The notes under the pieces were generated by a model. That model saw nothing but the letters and a program-made list of their open reading frames with translations, was not told where the DNA came from and ran no database searches. Position numbers and translations under genes: made by a program. Shown piece after piece: positions 36,578-48,000 of a stretch of DNA of 64,000 bases. The first letter of the stretch is position 1; each line of letters opens with the position of its first letter. Origin of the DNA: Nemertoderma westbladi (lineage: Eukaryota > Animalia > Xenacoelomorpha); assembly GCA_032718475.1 (NCBI GenBank), contig JAUCBJ010002643.1, forward strand, positions 16,636 through 80,635, written 5' to 3'.

Positions 36578-36730
36578 GTACGGTAGCCATTCACACGTCG
36601 CCATCCACCAGGTACGGTAGCCAATCACGCGTCGCCATCCTCCAGGTACGGTAGCCAATCACACGGCGCCATCCTCCAGGTACGGTAGCCAATCACACGT
36701 CGCCTGTAGACGTGCCGCCAGCCTCAGGTT
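36578..36730 (+). repeat. GPAT donor minisatellite, segment 3 (~4 units, last one a degenerate long unit)
   Basis: Same unit; final copy retains the CCTGTAGACGT segment of the exon. Confidence 0.9.
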
Positions 36731-37278
36731 TAGCGGGTAGATCGCTTCCTAAAAATCTAATGTGTGGAGTGTCCATATTATTTTATCCGGATGATTTTAT
36801 AAAATTTTACTGGTAAAAATTAATCAAAAATTCATTTTCATCTTAGAAGTGGCCCAAACTACTTTTATAAACTCTACCGCTATCGCTCGCTGTAGCTGAG
36901 TTTGGGTAAAGTTATATATATGTAACTTCTATTACATAAATCTTTGATTCTAGGATCGCTAGTGGAGATTTTGTGGGGGTAGACTAGTCACCTTCAAAAT
37001 AATAGGTTAAAAATATTTTCTATTTGTCAGACTTTTTGACATCATCAGTTCAACAAACTCCTCACTAGAGATATCCGAAAATTAATTTAATTTCATCCAA
37101 TTTCTGCTATTTTAATCCGTTCCAACTGAAATGAGTCATAGTACTATTAATATTCGCTAAATAGTGTTGCCGAGACCCTCGTTGGGCTGCTCTTATTATA
37201 AAGGTCTTAAATGATTGATTTGATTGATTGATTTCCGATTCGCCCTTTGAATCTCTAATAGATTTTTTAATTCTGCAG

Positions 37279-37857
37279 ACGGACAACTGCTATGCGCTGA
37301 TTGGTCAGAAACATTCCGGGTTTATCGGCCTCTTCCAGCAGTGTATGAGCGCTTCCGGTGTAAACCATGTCTGGTTCGAGCGAAGCGAGGCCAACGATCG
37401 CGAGAAAGTCCGTCGTAAACTAGCGGAACAGGTATCGAACCCTAACAACTTCCCTTTCCTTATATTCCCCGAGGGTACCTGTATTAATAACACTTCAGTT
37501 ATGCAGTTTAAAAAAGGATCTTTCGAAATCAGCGAGTTTGTTTATCCTGTCGCTATTAAATACAACTCTACTTTCTCTGAACCCTTCTGGAATTCTTCAC
37601 GAGAGAGTTTCCTAGGCAACCTACTAAACATAATGACGTCATGGGCGTTGGTGTGCGACGTGTGGTACTTGCCGAGAGCCTCAGTGCGACCAGGCGAGGG
37701 CTCTGTGGCCTTCGCCAACCGCGTGAAGGGCGATATCGCCTCGTGTGGCGGGCTAGTTGACCTGCTGTGGGACGGGCAGCTGAAAAGGTACAAAGTGAAA
37801 CAACACCAGGTGGAGGAACAGAAACTCCATATGAGTCAAGTATTGAAAACTGAGTAA
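37279..37857 (+). CDS. Gpat4: GPAT3/4 exon 3 (terminal)
   Basis: Acceptor TTAATTCTGCAG|ACG in phase 0 gives ILQ|TDNCYALIGQKHSGF; motifs WFERSE, IFPEGTCINNTSVMQFKKGSFE, YPVAIKY, MTSWALVCDVWYL, WDGQLKR. Confidence 0.95.
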   Translation, partial: TDNCYALIGQKHSGFIGLFQQCMSASGVNHVWFERSEANDREKVRRKLAEQVSNPNNFPFLIFPEGTCINNTSVMQFKKGSFEISEFVYPVAIKYNSTFSEPFWNSSRESFLGNLLNIMTSWALVCDVWYLPRASVRPGEGSVAFANRVKGDIASCGGLVDLLWDGQLKRYKVKQHQVEEQKLHMSQVLKTE

Positions 37858-38169
37858 CTTCTGTTTGAGTCTCAGGAATAATTATAATACGTTTATATCT
37901 GTTGTATTTTAGTGTTATAACTTAATACATTAGTGGAGTTTAGTTTATATTGTAAATTGAAAACTAGTAATATATAACGAAAAATAAATGATCTTGCTTT
38001 GTATTCGGTGAATTAATAATTTGTTCTTAACACATTTCAGCTTGAAATATTATAATTAATACATTAGCCCTGCCTCAGTACCTCCCGTTAACTTTGCTGC
38101 TTGCCTTTCCTCTTAAAGCGCCGATTAAAACGTGAATGTGTTTTATGTTCTACCGAGAGTAAAACAATG

Positions 38170-40427
38170 GGTTAGGAGTTGCGCCCACCCCTACCCTCGG
38201 GTAGCAGATAGGAGTAGCGCCCACCCATACCATCGGGTAGCAGATAGGAGTAGCGCCCACGCCCACCCCTACCCTCGGGTAGCAGATAGGAGTAGCGCCC
38301 ACGCCCACCCCTACCCTCGCCCTCGGGTAGCAAATAGGAGTAGCGCCCACCCCTACCTTCGGGTATCAGATAGGAATAGCGCCCACGCCCACCCCTACCC
38401 TAGCCCTCGGGTAGCAGATAGGAGTAGCGCCCACCCCTACCCTCGGGTAGCAGATAGGAGTAGCGCCCACCCCTACCTTCGGGTAGCAGATAGGAGTAGC
38501 GCCCACCCCTATCCTCGGGTAGCAGATAGGAGTAGCGTCCACCCCTACCTTAGGGTAGCAGATAGGAGTAGCGCCCACCCCTACCTTCGGGTAGCAGATA
38601 GGAGTAGCACCCACGCCCAGCCCTACCCTCGCCCTCGGGTAGCAAATAGGAGTAGCGCCCACCCCTACCTTCGGGTATCAGATAGGAATAGCGCCCACGC
38701 CCACCCCTACCCTAGCCCTCGGGTAGCAGATAGGAGTAGCGCCCATCCCTACCTTCGGGTAGCAGATAAGAGTAGCGCCCACCCTTACCTTCGGGTAGCA
38801 GATATAAGTAGCGCAGCGCCCACCCCTACATTCGGGTAGCAGATAGGAGTAGCGCCCACCCCTACCTTCGGGTAGCAGATAGGAGTAGAACCCACCCCTA
38901 CCTTCGGGTAGCAGATAGGAGTAGAACCCACCCCTACCTTCGGGTAGCAGATAGGAGTAGAACCCACCCCTACCTTCGGGTAGCAGATAGGAGTAGAACC
39001 CACCCCTACCTTCGGGTAGCAGATAGGAGTAGAACCCACCCCTACCTTCGGGTAGCAGATAGGAGTAGAACCCACCCCTACCTTCGGGTAGCAGATAGGA
39101 GTAGAACCCACCCCTACCTTCGGGTAGCAGATAGGAGTAGAACCCACCCCTACCTTCGGGTAGCAGATAGGAGTAGAACCCACCCCTACCTTCGGGTAGC
39201 AGATAGGAGTAGAACCCACCCCTACCTTCGGGTAGCAGATAGGAGTAGAACCCACCCCTACCTTCGGGTAGCAGATAGGAGTAGAACCCACCCCTACCTT
39301 CGGGTAGCAGATAGGAGTAGAACCCACCCCTACCTTCGGGTAGCAGATAGGAGTAGAACCCACCCCTACCTTCGGGTAGCAGATAGGAGTAGAACCCACC
39401 CCTACCTTCGGGTAGCAGATAGGAGTAGAACCCACCCCTACCTTCGGGTAGCAGATAGGAGTAGCGCCCACCCCTACCTTCGGGTAGCAGATAGGAGTAG
39501 CGCCCACCCCTACCTTCGGGTAGCAGATAGGAGTAGAACCCACCCCTACCTTCGGGTAGCAGATAGGAGTAGAACCCACCCCTACCTTCGGGTAGCAGAT
39601 AGGAGTAGCGCCCACCCCTACCTTCGGGTAGCAGATAGGAGTAGCGCCCACCCCTACCTTCGGGTAGCAGATAGGAGTAGAACCCACCCCTACCTTCGGG
39701 TAGCAGATAGGAGTAGAACCCACCCCTACCTTCGGGTAGCAGATAGGAGTAGCGCCCACCCCTACCTTCGGGTAGCAGATAGGAGTAGAACCCACCCCTA
39801 CCCTCGGGTAGCAGATAGGAGTAGAACCCACCCCTACCTTCGGGTAGCAGATAGGAGTAGAACCCACCCCTACCTTCGGGTAGCAGATAGGAGTAGAACC
39901 CACCCCTACCTTCGGGTAGCAGATAGGAGTAGAACCCACCCCTACCTTCGGGTAGCAGATAGGAGTAGAACCCACCCCTACCTTCGGGTAGCAGATAGGA
40001 GTAGCGCCCACCCCTACCTTCGGGTAGCAGATAGGAGTAGAACCCACCCTTACCTTCGGGTAGCAGAAAGGAGTAGAACCCACCCCTACCTTCGGGTAGC
40101 AGATAGGAGTAGCGCCCACCCCTACCTTCGGGTAGCAGATAGGAGTAGAACCCACCCCTACCTTCGGGTAGCAGATAGGAGTAGCGCCCACCCCTACCTT
40201 CGGGTAGCAGATAGGAGTAGAACCCACCCCTACCTTCGGGTAGCAGATAGGAGTAGCGCCCACCCCTACCTTCGGGTAGCAGATAGGAGTAGAACCCACC
40301 CCTACCTTCGGGTAGCAGATAGGAGTAGCGCCCACCCCTACCTTCGGGTAGCAGATAGGAGTAGAACCCACCCCTACCTTCGGGTAGCAGATAGGAGTAG
40401 AACCCACCCCTACCTTCGGGTAGCAGC
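38170..40427. repeat. 36-bp minisatellite (~60 copies) containing a CTACC-TTCG-GGTAG hairpin
   Basis: Unit CCCACCCCTACCTTCGGGTAGCAGATAGGAGTAG(AA/CG); 42-48-bp variants at the 5' end. Confidence 0.97.
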
Positions 40428-40820
40428 TATTGAAAGAGAAGCCTTCGGGTCTCCTTCGGCTTCGGGTGACTGTAAGCTTGTATTTTATGTTGATCTTCCA
40501 AATTTATTAATTTTACAGAGTTGGTTTCTTCAAAATTGTTTATTTCATAATAATATTTAAGGTTGAGTAATATTTCATCCTAATAATAGGCCATACCTTG
40601 GTCTACTTTTATAACTATCTCTCATTGCATTTCAATCATTGGGCCGAATTGTTCGTGGCCTATAGGCCTACGTCTTAGCCTCCCAATTTGAATGTAACTC
40701 TCTATACAGAACAGAATCTATACTGTATAAGAGAGACCGTAACCACGGAATACCGTTTGCTTTCTTTTGGCCTGTGTGAATCTAACTAGCCAGAATCATT
40801 GCGCACCGGACTATCAATAG

Positions 40821-40916
40821 TAGGGATGTCCCGGAATCGATATTTTGATTCCGGCCGGAACCGGAATTCAACATGCCGGAATATTCCGGCCGGAACGGAA
40901 TTCCGTGACATCCCTA
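40821..40916. mobile_element. 96-bp hAT-type MITE
   Basis: TIR TAGGGATGTC / GACATCCCTA, 8-bp TSD ATCAATAG on both sides. Confidence 0.88.
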
Positions 40917-41283
40917 ATCAATAGGTATATTATTATTTTGTGTTTAATAAATAGGCAGGTGAGAAAGAGTAGCGCGGTATATTTATTTTTTATTTCTAGA
41001 AAACAAACGTATTGCTGTAAACAAAACTCCTAAACGTTAGCAACAAAAGGACACAAAAAGCGAACCCGGTACATCATAAATCTGGCCCCTAACCAAGTGA
41101 GCTACCACAAATAAATCACCATAACATTATTTTTGAGAGACCCTCTTTCCCACAACAACACAAATTCATTACTGTATTATTCATTTTGTCAGTCACAACA
41201 GCTAGACGTTGCCATGGTAACAATGGACAATGGACAATATTACCAAGATATATTACTCGCTCGAGGTCAACCTCCTACCCCAG

Positions 41284-41975
41284 TATGGTGGCCCATTGCT
41301 ATCATGTATTTTAATGTATTTTTTTATGTAATATTTTATGTGTTAAATGTGAAATTGAAAATCACAATTGAAAATCGAAAATCGAAAATAATATTTGAAA
41401 ATGTTTATTCAAAAATGTTTATTTTATGGACTAATTCCAATATACAGTACTACTGTACAGTACTTGTATTGTACCTATCTACCTCCCAACTACCAGTGCC
41501 GGTGTCACAGGCAAAAATTCCTCCCGCGCGGAATGCCCCCCCCCCCCCCCCCCCCGGGAATTTTCGCCTAGTGCCAAATGCACCAGTCAAGCCTACCAGC
41601 CCCGTTTGATAGCGATGGGCCATGACGTGGCCCATTGTTATCAACATTTTGATTTAATTTTATATTTTGATGATAGCAATGGCGTGGTACATTTTTAAAA
41701 TTCAATTTATTTTTAAATTAAAATTTTCCAAAACGATTTTAATTTTTGAATACGATTTTCGATTTTCAAATACGATTTCCAATTTTCAAATACGATGTCC
41801 GATTTTCAATTGTGATTTTCGATTTTCATATACGGATGTCCGATTTTTGATTGTGATTTTCTATTTTCAAATACAATGTCCGATTTTCAATTGTGATTTT
41901 CAATTTCACATTTAACACATAAAATGTTACATAAAAAAAATACATTAAAATACATGATAGCGATGGGCCACCATA
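41284..41975. mobile_element. MITE with ~95-bp TIRs, TA-bounded
   Basis: TATGGTGGCCCAT.GCTATCATGTATTTTAATG... and its reverse complement at ~41880-41975; internal CGATTTTCAA sub-repeats. Superfamily unresolved. Confidence 0.8.
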
Positions 41976-43975
41976 GAACTGTACAGTACTTTAATCGCAG
42001 TCTAAGCTTATAAATGAATAATATAATATGGTTGATTAAATTATACTCGAATTTATTTTAGTGACGTTTCTATTTAAGTTTCAATTGACTGCCAATATAT
42101 AATTGTATTGGGTACTGTATATTATTAGGCTATTTGGCACCTGCTGTAATTTCTTTACATTGCTGCAGTCGTTTCGTTGCTTGTTTAATTATGTTATTAA
42201 ATCTCTACGAATTAATATTAAAAATATCAAATTTAATTGTTATCGTCTGTTAGATTTTATATACTGTAGTACCGGAGCGGTACCAGTAAAAATCGGTGCG
42301 CCCGTAGACCTTGCGCTCGCTGATAGTTCCAGACCCATTACCTGTAAGTTCGGTACCGAGGCCGGACTACGGACTTGTTCACTCCAAGGTTGGGTGGTCT
42401 CAGACCCCCCAGGTATTGCACACTGTCAGTTCGGTTGCCACTCGTTCCCATCTTCAAAACTCCATGTTGAGTTGTTGTAAAGTTGTTTATTCTTATATTG
42501 TCCCTCCTGTACCACCTGTAAGAGGGTATATGGTCGACACACCGTCCAACACTTGTTTGAACTTTGAACGAGTTAGACGGCACCATAACGTGACGGCTAA
42601 AGACGGGAGCAAACAGAGCAGGACTGTGCACATGCACAACCCCGTCAATGGCTCAAAATGACCGCAAACACAAAATATATTTTAGTGGGTTTTAAAAATT
42701 AGTTTAATTTAATTAAAAATATTAAGAGAAAGGAGACGGTCAATTTGCGCTGAAGATCACTATTTTCACTTGCGGTCAATGTGCGCCAATCTGGCACAAC
42801 CTTACCACATCATGACGCACATCGGTGTCCAAATACACGTTGGTAGACTGACTGGCGCAATTTGTTTAAACATTTCAAAGTAATTGCCAGGCATCCCTTA
42901 ATTGTCCTTATAACTTTTTGTTGGGTACAGCTTTTGCAAAGTCGGCAATGACGTCCAGGTGGGATCGTTCTGCACACGTCAGCACAGCCCATATCTTCAA
43001 TAAGCTGATTCGTGATTGCCCAAGTCTGTGGCGGTGGTGCTACTGTGCTGATTAATATAGAGATGTGGCAGCGATTCAGTGAGACTGCAGTATAGATTAT
43101 TAAAAATTTTGCAGAAATTATATTAAAAACGTTAGTGAAATGAAATACGTTTTTTTTTTTTTTTATTATTCCATTACTAAATTATAAAATCAGGCGAAGC
43201 ACAAATGATCACAAATTAATTAAGTAGAATAATTAAGATTGAAGCACAGGTTAACAATAAATATTTACAATAAAGAAACAGATATGTATTCAATACATAT
43301 CTGGTTGAACACCCCGAATCCCCGCCCCATCCCCAAAACCCGAGGCCCCGCCATGGCCTCCTACCACCCCGGAGGCACAGAGAGGTCGCCCGAAGGAGAC
43401 CAAACTGCAGCCGCCGCCTCACCGCACCCAAAACCTCTCCCAAACCCCGCTGTCTCATGAAATGAAATACGTACGTGGGAAATAAACTACGACTGTGAAC
43501 CATTTGAAAAAATCCGCGGACATTTTCACACATTTCTCGGAATTTTTGTCACTCCTATAAAGAGGGAAGGGTAGATAGCTATTTTAAGTTTTGGATGAGT
43601 ATGGCCGCAATAAAATTAAAAATCCCTATCACGATCCCGAAAATTGTGCATCCCGATCCCGTTGCAACACTAGTACACCACCAACGCCGAGTTTCAAAAT
43701 GCCTGTTTTTTCTCCCTTTTGGAACTTATCACGTGGCAGGTCTTAGCTACTTAATTAAGGCCCCCTTCGGGGCGCATCCCACCAATCAGCTGACTGCCGT
43801 CAGCTGATCGATGACGGCATGCAACTAGTCCGGCCATGGTTGCTTTTTAATTTGTGTTGGTTTTACATATCTAGCTGTAGGGTGTTTACATCTTTCTTGA
43901 ATAATAATAAATACAATTATCTAATTAATTGTTCAGTTATAATTTGTGTATATCTAATTGTATCTTGGAATCGGA

Positions 43976-44039
43976 ATGGGTTTGTCTACAAGAGAAATAT
44001 CGCTGCTGCTGCTGATAATAGGATCCAATTTTGGTGTTG
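43976..44039 (+). CDS. Ly6/uPAR (three-finger, quiver-like) GPI-anchored protein, exon 1 (signal peptide)
   Basis: MGLSTREISLLLLIIGSNFGV with phase-1 donor G|GTGAGT, in phase with exon 2. Confidence 0.75.
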
Positions 44040-44182
44040 GTGAGTCGCTAATTAATAATTAATTATGGAAATTATTTATATATACATGAAACTTACTTAT
44101 TTAACAAAAAAGTATCTTGATAAAATTTATTAGAGTATTAGGGTTGTTCTGGTAACTGCAATTATTATTATCCTTACAAATA

Positions 44183-44832
44183 AGCGTGTAAACGTTAAGC
44201 AGACACTGGTGCAGACACCATTATCTGCACCAGTGTCTGCACCAGGTGTATGCTCTACTGTCTGCACCAGGTGTCTGCATCAGTGTCTGCACCACTGTCT
44301 GCACCAGTGTCTGCACCAGGGTCTGCACCGCTGTCTGCATCAGTGTCTGCACCAGTGTCTGCATCAGTGTCAGCACCACTGTCTGCACCAGTGTCTGCAC
44401 CACTACTGTCTGCACCAGGTGTCTGCACCACTGTCTGCACCAGGTGTCTGCATGTTAATATCAATTACTGTCAATTGCCAATGAATTATATTGTCTATGG
44501 GACGGACTCATATTGCACTGAACATTGCCAACAGCTGATGAAGGGAGTTAAGAGTATTGGTATTAGTTAGAGTCCATAGAGATCCAAAGATTCATTGTGT
44601 AGATAATTATTTAATGTACTGTAATTAATAATAAAGCTTATATTGTTGGATAACATAATCTATTTATTGTATTGCGTACAACATAATGATAGATACACAA
44701 ACACTGCACAAGTGTCTGTACCACTGTCTGCACCAGTGTCTGCATCAGTGTCTGCACCAGGTGTCTTCACCAGTGTCTGCACCACTGTCTGCACCAGACA
44801 ATGACAGTTTAAACTGTTAACGTTTACACCCA
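44183..44832. mobile_element. MITE with (GTCTGCACCA) 13-14-bp internal repeats in Ly6 intron 1
   Basis: TIR core GTGTAAACGTTAA / TTAACGTTTACAC; flanking direct repeat TACAAATA (44175-44182, 44833-44840). Confidence 0.6.
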
Positions 44833-44931
44833 TACAAATACATCATATTTTTAATGTAAGATAAGAAAAATGGGAAAGTTGAAACAATCATAATATTATT
44901 TATAAAAGTTGTTTTTTATTTTACATTCTAG

Positions 44932-45023
44932 ACTGTCAACTGACCTGCTATAATTGCGCGATAGTACAATCCGATCACTGCCAAGATGCTGAAGAAACCA
45001 CCTCCGGATGTGGATCATGTGTG
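44932..45023 (+). CDS. Ly6/uPAR protein exon 2
   Basis: Acceptor TTTTTTATTTTACATTCTAG; translates (D)CQLTCYNCAIVQSDHCQDAEETTSGCGSCV with the LxCYxC hallmark; phase-0 donor GTG|GTAAGT. Confidence 0.85.
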
Positions 45024-48000
45024 GTAAGTAAACCACCTCCGGATGTGGATCATGTGTGGTAAGTAAACCACGCCTGAGTGTGGATCATGTGTGGTAAGTA
45101 AACCAACTCCGGGTGTGGATCATGTGTGGTAAGTAAACCACGTCTGGGTGTGGATCATGTGTGGTAAGTAAAGCACATCCGGGTGTGGATCATGTGTGGT
45201 AAGTAAACCACCTCCGGGTGTGGATCATGTGTGGTAAGTAAACCACCTCCGGGTGTGGATCATGTGTGGTAAGTAAACCACCTCCGGGTGTGGATCATGT
45301 GTGGTAATTAAACCACCTCCGGGTGTGGATCATGTGTGGTAAGTAAACCACCTCCGGGTGTGGATCATGTGTGGTAAGTAAACCACCTCCGGGTGTGGAT
45401 CATGTGTGGTAATTAAACCGCCTCCGGGTGTGGATCATGTGTGGTAAGTAAACCACCTCCGGGTGTGGATCATGTGTGGTAAGTAAACCACCTCCGGGTG
45501 TGGATCATGTGTGGTAAGTAAACCACCTCCGGGTGTGGATCATGTGGGTAAGTAAACCACCTCCGGGTGTGGATCATGTATGGTAAGTAAACCACCTCCG
45601 GGTGTGGATCATGTGGGTAAGTAAACCACCTCCGGGTGTGGATCATGTGTGGTAATTAAACCACCTCCGGGTGTGGATCAGGTGTGGTAAGTAAACCACC
45701 TCCGGATGTGGATCATGTGTGGTAAGTAAACCACGTCTGGGTGTGGATCATGTGTGGTAAGTAAACCACGTCTGGGTGTGGATCATGTGTGGTAAGTAAA
45801 CCACGTCTGGGTGTGGATCATGTGTGGTAAGTAAACCATCTCCGCGTGTGGATCATGTGTGGTAAGTAAACCACCCCCGGATGTGGATCATGTGTGGTAA
45901 GTAAACCACGTCTGGGTGTGGATCATGTGTGGTAAGTAAACCACCCCCGGATGTGGATCATGTGTGGTAAGTAAACCACGTCTGGGTGTGGATCATGTGT
46001 GGTAAGTAAACCACCTCCGCGTGTGGATCATGTGGGTAAGTAAACCACCTCCGGGTGTGGATCATGTGTGGTAAGTAAACCACCCCCGGATGTGGATCAT
46101 GTGTGGTAAGTAAACCACGTCTGAGTGTGGATCATGTGTGGTAAGTAAACCACCTCCGGGTGTGGATCATGTGTGATAAGTAAAGCACATCCGGGTGTGG
46201 ATCATGTGTGGTAAGTAAACCACCTCCGGGTGTGGATCATGTGTGGTAAGTAAACCACCTCCGGGTGTGGATCATGTGTGGTAAGTAAACCACCTCCGGG
46301 TGTGGATCATGTGTGGTAAGTAAACCACCTCCGGGTGTGGATCATGTGTGGTAAGTAAACTACCTCCGGGTGTGGATCATGTGTGGTAAGTAAACCACCT
46401 CCGGGTGTGGATCATGTGTGGTAAGTAAACCACATCCGGGTGTGGTTCATGTGTGGTAAGTAAACCACCTTCGGTTGTGGATCATGTGTGGTAAGTAAAC
46501 CACCTCCGGGTGTGGATCATGTGTGGTAAGTAAACCACCTCCGGGTGTGGATCATGTGTGGTAAGTAAACCACATCCGGGTGTGGTTCATGTGTGGTAAG
46601 TAAACCACCTTCGGTTGTGGATCATGTGTGGTAAGTAAACCACCTCCGGGTGTGGATCATGTGTGGTAAGTAAACCACCTCCGGGTGTGGATAATGTGGG
46701 TAAGTAAACCACCTCCGGGTGTGGATCATGTGTGGTAAGTAAACCGACATCCGGATGTGGATTATGTGTGGTAAGTAAACCAACTCCGGGTGTGGATCAT
46801 GTGTGGTAAGTAAACCACCTCCGGTGTGGATCATGTGTGGTAAGTAAACCACCTCCGGGTGTGGATCATGTGTGGTAAGTAAACCGCCTCCGGGTGTGGA
46901 TCATGTGTGGTAAGTAAACCGCCTCCGGGTGTGGATCATGTGTGGTAAGTAAACCACCTCCGGGTGTGGATAATGTGTGGTAATTAAACCACGTCTGGGT
47001 GTGGATCATGTGTGGTAAGTAAACCGCCTCCGGGTGTGGATCATGTGTGGTAAGTAAACCGCGTCCGGGTGTGGATCATGTGTGGTAAGTAAACCACCTC
47101 CGGGTGTGGATCATGTGTGGTAAGTAAACCACGTCTGGGTGTGGATCATGTGTGGTAAGTAAACCACCTCCGGGTGTGGATCATGTGTGGTAAGTAAACC
47201 ACCTCCGGGTGTGGATCATGTGTGGTAAGTAAACCACCTCCAGGTGTGGATCATGGGTGGTAAGTAAACCACGTCTGGGTGTGGATCATGTGTGGTAAGT
47301 AAAGCACATCCGGGTGTGGATCATGTTTGGTAAGTAAACCACCTCCGGATGTGGATCATGTGTGGTAAGTAAACCACCTCCGGATGTGGATCATGTGTGG
47401 TAAGTAAACCACGTCTGGGTGTGGATCATGTGTGGTAAGTAAACCACCTCCGGGTGTGGATCATGTGTGGTAAGTAAACCACCTCCGGGTGTGGATCATG
47501 TGTGGTAAGTAAACCACCTCCGGGTGTGGATCATGTGTGGTAAGTAAACCACCTCCGGGTGTGGATCATGTGTGGTAAGTAAACTACCTCCGGGTGTGGA
47601 TCATGTGTGGTAAGTAAACCACCTCCGGGTGTGGATCATGTGTGGTAAGTAAACCACATCCGGGTGTGGTTCATGTGTGGTAAGTAAACCACCTTCGGTT
47701 GTGGATCATGTGTGGTAAGTAAACCACCTCCGGGTGTGGATCATGTGTGGTAAGTAAACCACCTCCGGGTGTGGATCATGTGTGGTAAGTAAACCACATC
47801 CGGGTGTGGTTCATGTGTGGTAAGTAAACCACCTTCGGTTGTGGATCATGTGTGGTAAGTAAACCACCTCCGGGTGTGGATCATGTGTGGTAAGTAAACC
47901 ACCTCCGGGTGTGGATAATGTGGGTAAGTAAACCACCTCCGGGTGTGGATCATGTGTGGTAAGTAAACCGACATCCGGATGTGGATTATGTGTGGTAAGT

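Noticed and set aside
37228-37278. N-terminal part of ORF 37228-37857 as coding sequence
   Set aside because: Lies upstream of the acceptor at 37278; the GPAT alignment continues directly from exon 2 to TDNCY.
38132-40407. 540-aa and 235-aa repetitive ORFs
   Set aside because: By-products of a 36-bp (multiple of 3) minisatellite; no unique domain or splice context.
43290-43672. hAT-like element ending CCCGTTGCAACACTA
   Set aside because: Only one plausible terminus found; no TSD.
44209-44570. Cys/His- or SAPV-rich ORFs
   Set aside because: Translations of 13-14-bp repeats inside a MITE in Ly6 intron 1.
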